Both the position numbers and the translations under genes were made by a program. Positions 8,681-19,405 of a stretch of 64,000 nucleotides of DNA are shown one piece after another. Under the pieces are notes generated by a model. That model saw only the letters and a program-made list of their open reading frames with translations, ran no database searches and had not been told where the DNA came from. The stretch's first letter is position 1. Every line of letters begins with the position of its first letter. This stretch comes from an uncultured Cryptobacterium sp. GTDB lineage: Bacteria; Actinomycetota; Coriobacteriia; Coriobacteriales; Eggerthellaceae. Location: positions 19,905-83,904 of the forward strand of contig CAYWAO010000005.1 in assembly GCA_964456695.1 (NCBI GenBank), given 5' to 3'.

Positions 8681-11482
8681 TTATTCATTGCCAAAGTCGA
8701 GGCCACGCAACACATCATTTGCTTGCTTGAGTAGATCGTTTTCGTCAGCGTCGTCAGTATCTGTCAACCCTGCACCAAGTGCTCCGGCTTCCTGTCCTTC
8801 ATTCAGATGACCGGGGTTTTCGATCTTGGCGCAATACTTCCCGTTCTCGTCTAGATCAATAGTTACCAACGCACCATCGCTGATATGGCCTTCAATGATT
8901 TCTGTCGCCACACGATCGGTCACTTCACGCTGAATCAAGCGACGAAGCGGACGTGCTCCATACACCGGATCGTACCCATCAATTGCAAGGCTCTCACGTG
9001 CTGCTGCGGTTACCTCCAGATTAATACGACGATCAGACAAGCGTTTGCTTACCGAATCAAGCTGCAAGTCAACAATGGGCTCCATCGCAGCAATTGAAAG
9101 CGGGTTGAACGTAATGACGTCATCAATACGATTCAAGAATTCCGGACGGAAGGTAGTGCTCAACGCCTCGTTAATCTTGCTCGTCATCTCAGCCAAACGC
9201 TTTGCCGCCGTATTGACATCTTTGCTCATAATGTCTTGCATCACAGACTCCATGGAATCTTGCTCTTGGTTCGCATATTCACGAATAGACTGAGATCCCA
9301 CGTTCGAAGTCATAATGATGATGGCATTTTTGAAGTTCACAACACGACCCTGGCTGTCGGTCAGACGACCATCATCAAGCACTTGCAGCAAGATATTGAA
9401 TACATCCTGATGAGCCTTTTCAATTTCATCAAGCAGCACAACGCAATAGGGCCTGCGGCGAAGTGCTTCGGTTAACTGACCACCCTCGTCATAGCCAACA
9501 TATCCCGGAGGAGCTCCGACCAAGCGCGAAACAGAATGCTTCTCCATGTACTCTGACATATCGATACGAACCATAGCCTTTTCGCTGTCGAAGAGGTATT
9601 CGGCCAACGCTTTTGCAAGCTCGGTTTTACCAACACCAGTCGGCCCTAAGAACAAGAAGCTGCCAATGGGTCGATTGGGGTCAGACAGACCCGCACGGTT
9701 TCTACGAATCGCCCCTGCAACCGCTGCTACTGCTTGATCTTGGCCAACAACACGCTCATGCAGTTTGTCTTCCAAATCAATCAGCTTAGCCATTTCGCCT
9801 TGCATCATCTTGGTAACAGGAATACCCGTCCAAGCAGACACCACCTCAGCGATTTCTTCTTCACTAACCTCCTCTTTGAGGATTGCATCATCTTGCTGAC
9901 GACTTTCCAAAAGCTCCTCGGCATCTTTGAGTCGAACCTGCAACGACGGAATGGTGCCATAGCGTAACTCAGAGGCACGGGCCAAATCGCCTTCACGCGT
10001 TGCACGCTCTTCTTCAAGCTGCGCTGCCTCAAGGTCGGCCTTCAAGTTCTGGACGCCAACAATGACATCCTTTTCGTTTTTCCATTCAGCCTTTTGTTTG
10101 TCGAGCGCTTCTTGTGCTTCAGAAATCTCTTTGCGCAATGCCTCGAGTCGCTCTTTGCTTGGCTCGTCGGTTTCCTTCATCAAGGCCTGTTCTTCAATCT
10201 GCATCTGCGTCAATTTACGCTCAGCAATATCGACTTCTTCGGGCATACTATCTATCTCAATGCGCAAACGGCTTGCCGCCTCGTCCATCAGGTCAATTGC
10301 CTTATCAGGTAAGAAACGATCTGAAATGTAGCGATTTGAAAGCTCTGCTGCAGTAACCAAAGCGGAGTCGGTAATGCGAACACCATGATGAATTTCGTAT
10401 TTTTCCTTTAAGCCACGCAAGATGGCAATGGTATCTTCCACACTCGGCTCATTGACCAACACCGGCTGGAAACGACGCTCAAGTGCTGCATCCTTTTCTA
10501 TGTATTTGCGATATTCATCAAGCGTGGTAGCTCCAATAGCATGAAGCTCACCGCGGGCAAGCGCTGGTTTGAGCATATTGCCTGCATCCATCGAGTTATC
10601 GCCAGTCGAGCCAGCACCTACAATAGTATGTAGCTCATCGATGAACAAAATGACTTGTCCATCAGAATCCTTGACCTCACGCAAAACCGCCTTCAAACGA
10701 TCCTCGAATTCACCACGATACTTCGCACCCGCTAACATGGCAGGAAGGTCAAGACCAATCAGCTCACGATCCTTCAAGCTAGAAGGCACGTCTCCAGCGA
10801 CAATACGCTGCGCCAAGCCTTCAACAATCGCAGTTTTGCCCGTACCCGGCTCACCAATCAATACCGGGTTGTTTTTGGTACGACGCGAAAGCACCTGAAT
10901 AGTACGGCGAATTTCTTCGGAACGCCCGATAACCGGATCGAGCTTGCCCTCACGCGCTGCCTGGGTCAAGTTGTTGCCGTATTGCTCGAGCACCTCAAAT
11001 TCTGTTTTGCTCTGCGCATCGGTCACACGCGTATCGCCACGCAGATCATCGTAGGCCTCTTCAATGTTCTTGCGGGTAATGCCCTGATCATTAAGAATAC
11101 GACCCGCAACACCCTTATCTTCAGACAACGCAATAAGCAGATGCTCACTCGTCGCGTACGAATCACCCAACTTTTCAGCGATTTTTACCGCATTGTCTAT
11201 CAATGAAATAAATGCTTGCGAAGGTGCCGTAATACCCATGCCCATAAAGCCGTTTCCACTCACCTTAGGCATGCGGTCTTCTTCTTCAGCTACGCGAGCT
11301 TTCAGCACCGCAGGATCAGCACCAACGCGAGAAATAATGGCATTCATATTATGCTCACCAGCAGACAGGAGGGCATCTAGCAGATGGATAGGCTCCACTG
11401 CGCTTGCCTCACGCTCGCCTGCAATGCCCATTGCGGACTGCAGCGCCTCCTGGGCCGTGAGCGCTAACTTATCGAATCTCAT
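8681..11482 (-). CDS. clpB: ATP-dependent chaperone/disaggregase ClpB
   Basis: 933 aa. Clp N-domain, two AAA+ modules (GEPGTGKT and GPTGVGKT Walker A) and a long coiled-coil M-domain between them. Acidic C-terminal extension. Confidence 0.95.
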   Translation of the reverse strand: MRFDKLALTAQEALQSAMGIAGEREASAVEPIHLLDALLSAGEHNMNAIISRVGADPAVLKARVAEEEDRMPKVSGNGFMGMGITAPSQAFISLIDNAVKIAEKLGDSYATSEHLLIALSEDKGVAGRILNDQGITRKNIEEAYDDLRGDTRVTDAQSKTEFEVLEQYGNNLTQAAREGKLDPVIGRSEEIRRTIQVLSRRTKNNPVLIGEPGTGKTAIVEGLAQRIVAGDVPSSLKDRELIGLDLPAMLAGAKYRGEFEDRLKAVLREVKDSDGQVILFIDELHTIVGAGSTGDNSMDAGNMLKPALARGELHAIGATTLDEYRKYIEKDAALERRFQPVLVNEPSVEDTIAILRGLKEKYEIHHGVRITDSALVTAAELSNRYISDRFLPDKAIDLMDEAASRLRIEIDSMPEEVDIAERKLTQMQIEEQALMKETDEPSKERLEALRKEISEAQEALDKQKAEWKNEKDVIVGVQNLKADLEAAQLEEERATREGDLARASELRYGTIPSLQVRLKDAEELLESRQQDDAILKEEVSEEEIAEVVSAWTGIPVTKMMQGEMAKLIDLEDKLHERVVGQDQAVAAVAGAIRRNRAGLSDPNRPIGSFLFLGPTGVGKTELAKALAEYLFDSEKAMVRIDMSEYMEKHSVSRLVGAPPGYVGYDEGGQLTEALRRRPYCVVLLDEIEKAHQDVFNILLQVLDDGRLTDSQGRVVNFKNAIIIMTSNVGSQSIREYANQEQDSMESVMQDIMSKDVNTAAKRLAEMTSKINEALSTTFRPEFLNRIDDVITFNPLSIAAMEPIVDLQLDSVSKRLSDRRINLEVTAAARESLAIDGYDPVYGARPLRRLIQREVTDRVATEIIEGHISDGALVTIDLDENGKYCAKIENPGHLNEGQEAGALGAGLTDTDDADENDLLKQANDVLRGLDFGNE

Positions 11483-11552
11483 CTATAAGCTCCCTTCGCT
11501 TTTACTCTCTGCGTAAAGGTTCGAGTATTTTTCAAACCTTGCATCGACAACA

Positions 11553-11939
11553 TTACAAAAGGCGACGAAGCACAATTGAGTTGTTGTCTTTTACCAACGA
11601 ATTGACGCTCTCACGCGTCTCTAGCTCATGTACACGATCTGCTAGACGTCGCACCCGCCGATGGAGACCATCAATTTCTTCATCACGCTCGTCCAAACGT
11701 CCCTTCAGATCTAAAATCCGGATAACACCTGCAAGATTAATACCCTCATCGGTCAGTTCATTAATCAGTTGTAATCGCTCAATGTCTGCCTGCGAATACA
11801 TGCGGGTATTACCGCTTGTCCTCTGAGGTGAAACCAGACCTTTTTGTTCATAGATACGCAAGGTCTGCGGATGGACGCCGGCTAGTTCCGCCGCAACACT
11901 TATCATATAAAGTGGTCTATTTTTATCTTCCATCACCAC
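11553..11939 (-). CDS. hspR: MerR-family heat-shock repressor HspR
   Basis: 128 aa. MerR-type HTH ([25 protein letters not shown]). Sits immediately after dnaJ in the dnaK operon, as in actinobacteria, and overlaps the end of dnaJ by 7 nt. Confidence 0.8.
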   Translation of the reverse strand: MVMEDKNRPLYMISVAAELAGVHPQTLRIYEQKGLVSPQRTSGNTRMYSQADIERLQLINELTDEGINLAGVIRILDLKGRLDERDEEIDGLHRRVRRLADRVHELETRESVNSLVKDNNSIVLRRLL

Positions 11940-12898
11940 GCCCTCACTTGTTCTGTCGTTGCAGCTTGAAATTCATTCAGGGCTGCTCTTTGTTTCTCGT
12001 TCAACGAGCGGGGAACCGCAACGTCGATGGTCAATTTCAAATCACCCGAGCCTTCTGCACTATCAAGTTTCGGAGCGCCCTTGCCTTTCACAGTCAAGAC
12101 CGTGCCGCTTTGGCACCCCGCCGGAACCTTGATGCGCACTTTCGTGCCATCAGGAGCCGGGACAACAATCTGAGCACCCAACGCAGCCTCAGCAAACGTT
12201 ACGGGCACTTCCATCGTCACATCAGCCTTGTCACGTGCATACAGCGGATGATCCTTAATGTGAATCTTTACTAAAAGATCTCCCGCAGACCCTCCTTGGA
12301 TACCAGGTGCGCCTCGCCCCTTGAGGCGAACGCGCCCTCCTTCAGTTGTGCCAGCAGGGATCTTGATCGCAATGGTTTCTTTTTCGGTCGTGCCAGGCTT
12401 TCCAATACGAATACGCTTTTCACAACCATGAAATGCCTCTTCAAAAGTGACATTCATGCCAACCTCTTTGTCGGCACCTTTTTGTGGCTTGGGCTGCTGG
12501 GTGGTGGTATTGAAATTCCACTCGGTACCAAAAGCTCCTTCGCCATTGCGAATGCTCTCCAAAATATCAGCCCAGCTACCAAATCCTGCACTGCCAAAGC
12601 CTGAGCCACCAAAACCAGCTGCCCCTGCAAAAGGATTTGAACCACTAAAGTCCGCTCCCCCAAACGGAATCTGCTGTTTGTTAGCTGTGCCGTATTGGTC
12701 GTACAAAGCTCGTTTTTTATCGTCAGAAAGCACTTCGTAGGCTTCGTTTATTTCTTTGAACTTACTCTCATCGCCCCCCGCATCAGGGTGATGCTTGCGC
12801 GCAAGCCTACGGTATGCTTTTTTGATCGTGTCTGCGTCCGCATCACGTGGAACGCCTAGCGTCTTGTAGTAGTCAGGAGTCTGAGCCATTCGTCCCAC
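11933..12898 (-). CDS. dnaJ: DnaJ-family co-chaperone lacking the zinc-finger domain (CbpA-like class)
   Basis: J-domain (DYYKTLGV...HHPD) and a G/F-rich region. No CxxCxGxG repeats. C-terminal substrate-binding domains are present. Confidence 0.85.
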   Translation of the reverse strand: MGRMAQTPDYYKTLGVPRDADADTIKKAYRRLARKHHPDAGGDESKFKEINEAYEVLSDDKKRALYDQYGTANKQQIPFGGADFSGSNPFAGAAGFGGSGFGSAGFGSWADILESIRNGEGAFGTEWNFNTTTQQPKPQKGADKEVGMNVTFEEAFHGCEKRIRIGKPGTTEKETIAIKIPAGTTEGGRVRLKGRGAPGIQGGSAGDLLVKIHIKDHPLYARDKADVTMEVPVTFAEAALGAQIVVPAPDGTKVRIKVPAGCQSGTVLTVKGKGAPKLDSAEGSGDLKLTIDVAVPRSLNEKQRAALNEFQAATTEQVRAW

Positions 12899-12995
12899 CT
12901 CTTTTCTTCTTTACAACAAGGGCGGACACATTGGTAGTCCGCCCTGCACATGCTTTATTCGCCGAAAATCTGCTATCGAACATGTTCCGAATCAT

Positions 12996-13676
12996 CTATT
13001 CGGAAGCTTCCTCTTCATCAGATTCCTCTGGTTCGCGCTTTGGCCCACCAACAGTTACGGTTACCATGGCACTTCGTATCACCTTGGCGCCCATGCGATA
13101 CCCTTTCTGGTACACCTCAGCGACCGTTTCGTCGAACACTGACGGATCGTCTACCGTGGATACCGCCAAAGCTTCGAGGGCATTGAACGGCTCACCCTGT
13201 GGGTCGATCAGTTCAACACCGTTCTTGGACAATACCTCAATCAACTTGGCGTGAACGGCCTGCACTCCACCAAGGAGGCCTTCTTCGCCATTCTTTTCCG
13301 CATAATCGATACTCCGCTCGAAGTCATCGATAACAGGAATCAAACTTTCGACTAAATGTTCTGCAGCGCGCGCTTTTTCTTCTTCGCGCTGTTCGTTCAT
13401 ACGGCGACGATACGTATCCCATTCAGCATGAAGTCGCAGATACTTGTCCTGCCAAGCGGCTACTTCTTCCTTGGCTTGCGCAACAGGATCGCCCCCAGCT
13501 GCATCCGAAGATGCAGCTGTTTCTTGCGTATCAGATCCTGCAGCCTGGCCTTCGCCGGATTCAGTTTGGCCTGTCTGCATGTCTGCCTCAGGTTCAGCAG
13601 CACCCTGTTCTGGTACCTGCTGGCCTTCCTCACACATCTGATCTTCACGTACCTCGTCTTTCTCAGGCTCGGTCAT
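12996..13676 (-). CDS. grpE: Nucleotide exchange factor GrpE
   Basis: 226 aa. Acidic N-terminus, long helix and a C-terminal beta domain (GYRMGAKVIRSAMV). Located between dnaK and dnaJ. Confidence 0.9.
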   Translation of the reverse strand: MTEPEKDEVREDQMCEEGQQVPEQGAAEPEADMQTGQTESGEGQAAGSDTQETAASSDAAGGDPVAQAKEEVAAWQDKYLRLHAEWDTYRRRMNEQREEEKARAAEHLVESLIPVIDDFERSIDYAEKNGEEGLLGGVQAVHAKLIEVLSKNGVELIDPQGEPFNALEALAVSTVDDPSVFDETVAEVYQKGYRMGAKVIRSAMVTVTVGGPKREPEESDEEEASE

Positions 13677-13678
13677 GA

Positions 13679-15592
13679 TTATTTATCCTTCTTTTCATCG
13701 TCGTCGACTACTTCAAAGTCAGCTTCAATCGTACCATCATCAGTCGGCTGCTGAGTTTGCGCAGCACTTGCATCGGCTGCACCTGCTGCATCGCCCTGGC
13801 TGTATGCTACTTCAGCCAACTTGTAGCTTGCCTGCTGCAGGCCATCGATAGCGGTCTTAATAGCTTCAATATCGCTTCCTTCAAGAGCGCTCTTAGCTTG
13901 AGCGATAGCTGATTCAGCCTGCTGCTTAGTATCGGCAGGAACCCTATCACCAAGCTCGGAGATCGTCGTCTCGGTTGCATTGATCAACGAATCGCAATTG
14001 TTGCGAACCTCGACTTCTTCACGACGCAGCTTATCTTCTTCTGCATGAGCCTCAGCATCCTTGACCATGCGATCTACTTCGTCGTCCGTCAAAGCGGTTG
14101 AACCAGAAATCGTGATCTGCTGCTGCTTGCCCGTACCAAGATCCTTAGCCGATACGTTTACGATGCCGTTTGCATCAATATCAAACGTAACCTCAATTTG
14201 AGGAACGCCACGGCGTGCTGCAGGAATGCCCGACAACTGGAACTTACCTAAGGTCTTGTTACCAGCTGCCATCTCACGCTCGCCCTGGAGAACATGAATC
14301 TCAACGGAGGTCTGGTTATCAGCTGCCGTGGAGTAAATCTCGGTCTTGCGCGTAGGAATGGTAGTATTGCGCTCAATCATCTTGGTCATGACGCCACCCA
14401 TGGTCTCAACGCCCAAGGAAAGCGGTGTTACGTCAAGGAGCAGAATGCCTTCAACGTCACCGGCCAAAACGCCGCCCTGTACCGCAGCACCCATTGCTAC
14501 TACTTCATCAGGATTTACTGACATGTTGGGCTCTTTGCCGGTCATGCTCTTAACCAATTCCTGCACGGCAGGCATACGGGTTGAGCCGCCAACCAAGATA
14601 ACTTCGTTTACATCGCCTGTTGAAAGGCCCGCATCCTTGAGTGCCTGCTGAACAGGTGCCTTGCAGCGATCAAGCAGATCCTTGGTGATACGTTCAAACT
14701 CTGCACGTGTCAGCGTGTAATCAAGATGCAGAGGACCAGCGGAACCAGCAGAAATAAAGGGCAAGTTGATGTTGGTTTGTGAGGTGGAAGAAAGCTCCAT
14801 CTTTGCTTTTTCGGCCGCATCCTTCAGACGCTGAAGAGCCATCTTGTCCTGGCGCAAGTCAATGCTGTTGTCAGCTTGGAACTTATCGGCTAACCAGTCG
14901 ATAACGCGCTGATCCCAGTCATCACCACCAAGATGATTATCGCCTGCAGTTGAGCACACCTCAAATACGCCGTCGCCAAGCTCGAGTACGGAAACGTCAA
15001 AGGTGCCACCACCGAGGTCAAATACGAGAACCTTCTCGTCCTTATTCGTGCGGTCAAGACCATATGCCAGAGCTGCTGCCGTAGGCTCGTTAATGATACG
15101 TAGAACTTCAAGACCAGCAATCTTGCCCGCGTCTTTCGTTGCTTGACGCTGAGCGTCATTGAAGTATGCAGGAACGGTAATAACTGCCTGATTGATTGTT
15201 TCACCTACGCGTTTTTCTGCATCAGATTTAATTTTCTGCAGAACCATAGCAGAAATTTCTTCAGGCATGTAATCCTTGCCGTCAATATCAACAACAGCAC
15301 GGCCACCATTGCCACTCTTTACCGTGTAAGAAACTGTCTTCTGTTCCTCAAGGGTTTCATTGTGAGAACGACCAATAAAACGCTTGACTGAAGAGATCGT
15401 ATTTTCTGGATTTGTAACAGCCTTGTTCTTTGCCGCCTTACCTACGGTACGCTCGCCGTCTTTGCCAAACCCTACAACCGAAGGAGTGGTGCGATCGCCC
15501 TCAGCATTAACAAGGATCTCAGGCTCAGAGCCTTCCATAACCGCCATCGCTGAATTGGTGGTACCTAAGTCAATACCAATAATTTTTGCCAT
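13679..15592 (-). CDS. dnaK: Molecular chaperone DnaK (Hsp70)
   Basis: 637 aa. Canonical Hsp70 signatures ([28 protein letters not shown]). Confidence 0.97.
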   Translation of the reverse strand: MAKIIGIDLGTTNSAMAVMEGSEPEILVNAEGDRTTPSVVGFGKDGERTVGKAAKNKAVTNPENTISSVKRFIGRSHNETLEEQKTVSYTVKSGNGGRAVVDIDGKDYMPEEISAMVLQKIKSDAEKRVGETINQAVITVPAYFNDAQRQATKDAGKIAGLEVLRIINEPTAAALAYGLDRTNKDEKVLVFDLGGGTFDVSVLELGDGVFEVCSTAGDNHLGGDDWDQRVIDWLADKFQADNSIDLRQDKMALQRLKDAAEKAKMELSSTSQTNINLPFISAGSAGPLHLDYTLTRAEFERITKDLLDRCKAPVQQALKDAGLSTGDVNEVILVGGSTRMPAVQELVKSMTGKEPNMSVNPDEVVAMGAAVQGGVLAGDVEGILLLDVTPLSLGVETMGGVMTKMIERNTTIPTRKTEIYSTAADNQTSVEIHVLQGEREMAAGNKTLGKFQLSGIPAARRGVPQIEVTFDIDANGIVNVSAKDLGTGKQQQITISGSTALTDDEVDRMVKDAEAHAEEDKLRREEVEVRNNCDSLINATETTISELGDRVPADTKQQAESAIAQAKSALEGSDIEAIKTAIDGLQQASYKLAEVAYSQGDAAGAADASAAQTQQPTDDGTIEADFEVVDDDEKKDK

Positions 15593-15715
15593 CTTTGCCT
15601 ATTTCCTTTCAGATCTGATTTGCTGTGCTTACCGCGCGAAACAAATCTCCTGCTTGTACCTAACTAAAACATCGTACAAACGAGATCCGCTTTCAGGGAT
15701 CTCGTGACATTGACC

Positions 15716-15744
15716 ATAATATAATCTAAGTGTATCGTTGTCAA
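15716..15744 (-). promoter_or_regulatory. Candidate sigma70-type promoter of the dnaK operon
   Basis: On the minus strand: TTGACA (15744-15739), a 17-nt spacer, then TATTAT (15721-15716). About 125 nt upstream of the dnaK ATG. Confidence 0.45.
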
Positions 15745-15961
15745 GTTTTTTCACTTCTCTTTTTAAGATTTCTTTAAGATCATTATTTTCGCAAGTCAAC
15801 GCCTTAGCATGAAGACAAAAAGAAACCCCAAGACCTTAATTGGATCTCACCACGCTCACATAAATCTTGGTTTCGTACGAGATAAGACAGTTAAGACTTG
15901 GGGTTGTAGCTCATGCTTTTTTAAACAAGCAGCAGTGTAATTGTACAGCGTATGGAATACG

Positions 15962-16117
15962 CTATTTTTTGGCAACGCCACCGATCAAAGACATCTTGGT
16001 GCCACAATCTGGGCAGATCCCCTTCGTAATGATGCGTCCGTTTTTCGTAACGCCTTCCTGAGGGTCGATCATTTCTTTTTTCGCCTTGCACTTAACGCAA
16101 TAAGCAACAACTGCCAT
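15962..16117 (-). CDS. Small zinc-ribbon protein (DUF5679-like), 51 aa
   Basis: Not in the ORF track because it is under 60 aa. Sequence MAVVAYCVKCKAKKEMIDPQEGVTKNGRIITKGICPDCGTKMSLIGGVAKK, with CxxC...CxxC. GAGGT Shine-Dalgarno about 8 nt upstream. Confidence 0.6.
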   Translation of the reverse strand: MAVVAYCVKCKAKKEMIDPQEGVTKNGRIITKGICPDCGTKMSLIGGVAKK

Positions 16118-16266
16118 CGTAGTAACCTCTTTTCATTGTTAGGTATAAAGCCGCGTACGCGTACGCGCTCGCACTATTGTAGTCATGCACATAGCATTTG
16201 ACCAGATAAAGGTTTATTTTTCTTTTGCATGAAATGAAGAGAGGTGCTTAGATAACAGTTACTTCA

Positions 16267-16455
16267 CTAATCCTCGATAATTTCTTCGATAGCACCCATG
16301 GGGCATTCTTCTACACAATCACCGCACGCAATACAGGATTCTTCGTTTGTAACAACACAGATACCATCTACTACTTCAATGGTTCCCTGAGGGCAAGCAT
16401 CAATACAGATACCACAGCCGATGCACTCATCGGCCAAAATGACAGGATGAGACAT
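16267..16455 (-). CDS. 2x[4Fe-4S] ferredoxin
   Basis: 62 aa with two CxxCxxCxxxCP motifs (CIGCGICIDACP, CIACGDCVEECP). Confidence 0.85.
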   Translation of the reverse strand: MSHPVILADECIGCGICIDACPQGTIEVVDGICVVTNEESCIACGDCVEECPMGAIEEIIED

Positions 16456-16637
16456 GAAACACCTCTTCTCTTATGTTAACAATTGTTCGGGCTACAGAGA
16501 TAGGCCTACTTCGTATAGTGCAAATCCCTGACCGGAAAATACCACAGCTTTAGCAAGATGCAAGCAGATCATCTATTTTTTCTGGGAATTGCAAAAAAGG
16601 AGCTCACTTTTTATAAGACAAAACCGAAACAATGCAG

Positions 16638-16683
16638 AAAAAAACCGCCCACCGAAGGCTCCATGGGCCTTACGGAGACGGTT
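16638..16683 (-). terminator. Rho-independent terminator after hypE
   Basis: The minus strand reads AACCGTCTCCGTAAGGCCCATGGAGCCTTCGGTGGGCGGTT, an imperfect long hairpin, followed by a T7 run. Confidence 0.5.
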
Positions 16684-16712
16684 TACAGCAGACACACGCT
16701 GGTGGCATGCCG

Positions 16713-17738
16713 CTAACAAATACGTGGAAGCTGTTCCCCTACAAGCATATCCATGATGCGCAGCGAACCAAATCCAGTCCGAATCGAAACACGCGGCTGC
16801 CTATCGTCTGGTGTTACAACAACCTCACCGATGATGGCCGCATCAGCGCCATAGGCGTTGTTACGCATCGCCTGCAACGCAGCTTGCACCTGGTCTTCAG
16901 GCACCACACAAACCATCTTACCTTCGTTTGCCACCTGATACACGTCATAGCCCAGCATCTCGCACGCACCTCGCACCACATCTTTCACGGGAACAGCGTC
17001 TTCTTCAATAATGAAGTCCACCCCCGATTGATCTGCAAGCTCATTGAGCGTCGATGCAAGGCCACCGCGAGTAGGATCGCGGAAGCAACGCGTATCGGGA
17101 GCCGCTGCAAGAGTATCGGCAATAAGGTGGTTAAGCGGCGCAGCATCCGATTGGATATCTGCATTAAACGACAGCTCTTCTCGACACGCCATAACCGTTA
17201 TGCCATGATCACCCAGCGTGCCCGACACAAGGATCTTGTCGCCCGGCCTACAAAAGGCACCCGACAAATTGATACCTTGGGGAATAAACCCAATACCGCT
17301 CGTGTTGATGTAAACACCATCACCATGACCCCGGTTTACCACCTTCGTGTCACCGGTAACCAAACGCACTCCTGCCTCTTGAGCGGCTTGCGCCATACTC
17401 GAACAAATGCGCTTAAGATCCGCAACCGAAAACCCCTCTTCCAAAATAAAACCACATGAAAGATAGCGCGGAACAGCTCCGCTGGTTGCAATGTCGTTTA
17501 CCGTTCCACACACTGCAAGCCTGCCAATGTCTCCCCCCGGAAAAAAATGGGGCGTAACCACAAAGCTATCGGTTGAATAGGCGATCTTATGGCCCTCGGG
17601 AGGCCCCTCTAATCGTGCCGCATCGTTTCCTTCTAACAGTTCGCTACCACCATATGCTTCGTAAAACACCTCTTCGATGATACGCTTCATCATGGTGCCG
17701 CCGCTGCCATGCCCAAGCAAAACTGTTTCATCCATCAT
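16713..17738 (-). CDS. hypE: Hydrogenase maturation carbamoyl dehydratase HypE
   Basis: 341 aa of the AIR-synthase-related fold. N-terminal GHGSGG motif and the diagnostic C-terminal PRIC. Confidence 0.85.
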   Translation of the reverse strand: MMDETVLLGHGSGGTMMKRIIEEVFYEAYGGSELLEGNDAARLEGPPEGHKIAYSTDSFVVTPHFFPGGDIGRLAVCGTVNDIATSGAVPRYLSCGFILEEGFSVADLKRICSSMAQAAQEAGVRLVTGDTKVVNRGHGDGVYINTSGIGFIPQGINLSGAFCRPGDKILVSGTLGDHGITVMACREELSFNADIQSDAAPLNHLIADTLAAAPDTRCFRDPTRGGLASTLNELADQSGVDFIIEEDAVPVKDVVRGACEMLGYDVYQVANEGKMVCVVPEDQVQAALQAMRNNAYGADAAIIGEVVVTPDDRQPRVSIRTGFGSLRIMDMLVGEQLPRIC

Positions 17739-17839
17739 GTTTCTCCTTGCTGATACTAACCAACGAGCATGCTCTATAAGTCCTATAAAGCATGCCGACC
17801 AGACATGTCATACAGCCGGTATTCGTTGTATGTATCTGC

Positions 17840-18283
17840 TTAAATAAATGCACCTGTTGTTGTCATATGTAAACGTCCGGTTTTTACGCCTTTGGTGCCA
17901 ATAATAAGATTGGCAATATCTTGCACCAGACCCGTTTCGCCTTTGAGCACGATCACTTCAAGGCAGTTGTCTTCATCGATATGAACATGCAATGAAGACA
18001 CAATGGTCTCTAGGTAGTTGTGTTGAATGTGATGAAGCTTTTCCTGCAAATCATTTGCGTGATGACTATACACGATCGTAAGCGTGCCCATCACAATACG
18101 CCCCGGCATAGAGCACTCGTCTTCTACCAGAGCGTCACGCACTAAATCGCGCACAACTTCGCTTCGATTTTTAGCAAGACCACGACGCGCCACCAATCGA
18201 TCGAATTTCACCAGCAAGTCCTCAGGCATAGCAACCGAAAACCGCATAAGGTCGTTACTCATCGTCCCCCTCATTCTTCTCAC
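17840..18283 (-). CDS. nikR: Nickel-responsive regulator NikR (ribbon-helix-helix + ACT-like metal-binding domain)
   Basis: RHH N-terminus (MRFSVAMPEDLLVKFDRLV...RSEVVRDLVR). His-rich C-domain (YSHHANDLQEKLHHIQH...HVHID). The real start may be an internal Met. Confidence 0.8.
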   Translation of the reverse strand: MRRMRGTMSNDLMRFSVAMPEDLLVKFDRLVARRGLAKNRSEVVRDLVRDALVEDECSMPGRIVMGTLTIVYSHHANDLQEKLHHIQHNYLETIVSSLHVHIDEDNCLEVIVLKGETGLVQDIANLIIGTKGVKTGRLHMTTTGAFI

Positions 18284-18291
18284 CAGGGGTG

Positions 18292-18546
18292 TTATACAAG
18301 GCTGACAGTAACGCCGCTCGCGTTCTGCGCGTCATCCTCAAAAGCTTCCTTGGCATCGTCGAGAGAGGCTCGGACATCATCGAGAAGCGCTTGAACTTCG
18401 TGCAACTTTTCACCAACTGTAGAAAATCCTGCATCAGATGCCTGATGAGCAAGCGTGTGTGCCCAACGACGTTCAAGCTTAATATGATCATCTATCTGAT
18501 TGATCATTTGCTCAAATTGACCGATGTTCACTCCATTAGTACACAT
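18292..18546 (-). CDS. Hypothetical 84-aa helical acidic protein
   Basis: ORF ends 8 nt upstream of nikR and is probably co-transcribed. Predicted helix-rich. No recognisable motif. Confidence 0.4.
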   Translation of the reverse strand: MCTNGVNIGQFEQMINQIDDHIKLERRWAHTLAHQASDAGFSTVGEKLHEVQALLDDVRASLDDAKEAFEDDAQNASGVTVSLV

Positions 18547-18606
18547 AAAACCTCCTTAGGTGTCTGTACACCTCTCCGCAATATCATTATTGCCACGATT
18601 TGTAAG

Positions 18607-18657
18607 TAATACCATGTCTATCGTAAAACGGTGTGACAAAATTCTCAAATGGTATTA
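18607..18657. promoter_or_regulatory. Inverted repeat TAATACCAT-N33-ATGGTATTA in the divergent promoter region upstream of the small-ORF/nikR unit
   Basis: Perfect 9-bp arms at 18607-18615 and 18649-18657. Lies between the divergent genes at 18546 and 18707. Confidence 0.3.
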
Positions 18658-18706
18658 TTTGGGAAATAAACTTTGTTTTTTGTAGATATCAAGGGCAGGA
18701 TCCTTC

Positions 18707-19204
18707 ATGAACGCTTCTTCGCCAACCATATATGACACGATTCGAAACCAAACACTTGCACAATTTGATGGCGTCATAGAAGGTAACACCGATGCGCTGT
18801 TTTGCGTACTGAGCACTCAGAAGCTCTCCGATCAAGCACGACGTGCTTTGGTATCTTCTGCAAAGGCACTCGGATATGCATCGCGTCAGTGTGCATTTTT
18901 GCGATACAATCACGAGCTTATCTGCCACGATGAAGCTGTAGACCCAGAAGACCTCCAATCAAGGGCGCGTCAACTGTTTTGTGTGATAGAGGCGCTCGAT
19001 CCGCTCAGCGTTGTTATAACTGACTACGCTGCAGTACGTCTTGCCTCAACAGGCTACAATACCGCGCTACCGCTTGAAACCAAAGCCCATCTTCTTGGAC
19101 ATGGCTGCTGCTGCTTTGATGCCTTTGAAGCACTGCTGACAACCGAAGAAGGCAAGCAGAAGGCCTGGGCCTGCTTGAAAGCGCTTCCGCGAATTGCTCA
19201 GTAA
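18707..19204 (+). CDS. Hypothetical 165-aa protein
   Basis: Intact ORF with alternating beta/alpha character. Family unknown. Confidence 0.5.
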   Translation: MNASSPTIYDTIRNQTLAQFDGVIEGNTDALFCVLSTQKLSDQARRALVSSAKALGYASRQCAFLRYNHELICHDEAVDPEDLQSRARQLFCVIEALDPLSVVITDYAAVRLASTGYNTALPLETKAHLLGHGCCCFDAFEALLTTEEGKQKAWACLKALPRIAQ

Positions 19205-19405
19205 CCCTTGATATGTGTGCCGTCCTCGCAATTGAGTCTGCACATAACCCACATTCGTATACACCCAGCGAGTACGCAAACTCGTATGTGTTCTCACAGC
19301 TCTCAGTGCAACTCAGACAAAGCAGTTGTGGTATTCTAGCAGTCGCGCAAAGCCTCATCCGGGCAGCGTTATGTACTACCATATACCATCCTTGGAAGGT
19401 GCGAG

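Noticed and set aside
15593-15961. Search for a canonical HspR operator (HAIR, CTTGAGT-N7-ACTCAAG) upstream of dnaK, and at 11483-11552 upstream of clpB
   Set aside because: The best candidates match only 5/7 + 4/7 positions (dnaK) or one half-site (clpB). That is too weak to annotate as a feature, so it is reported only as an open question.
18292-18546. The 84-aa helical protein as a WXG100/ESAT-6-like secretion substrate
   Set aside because: There is no central W-x-G motif, only a lone Trp in RRWAH. No type VII secretion genes are nearby.
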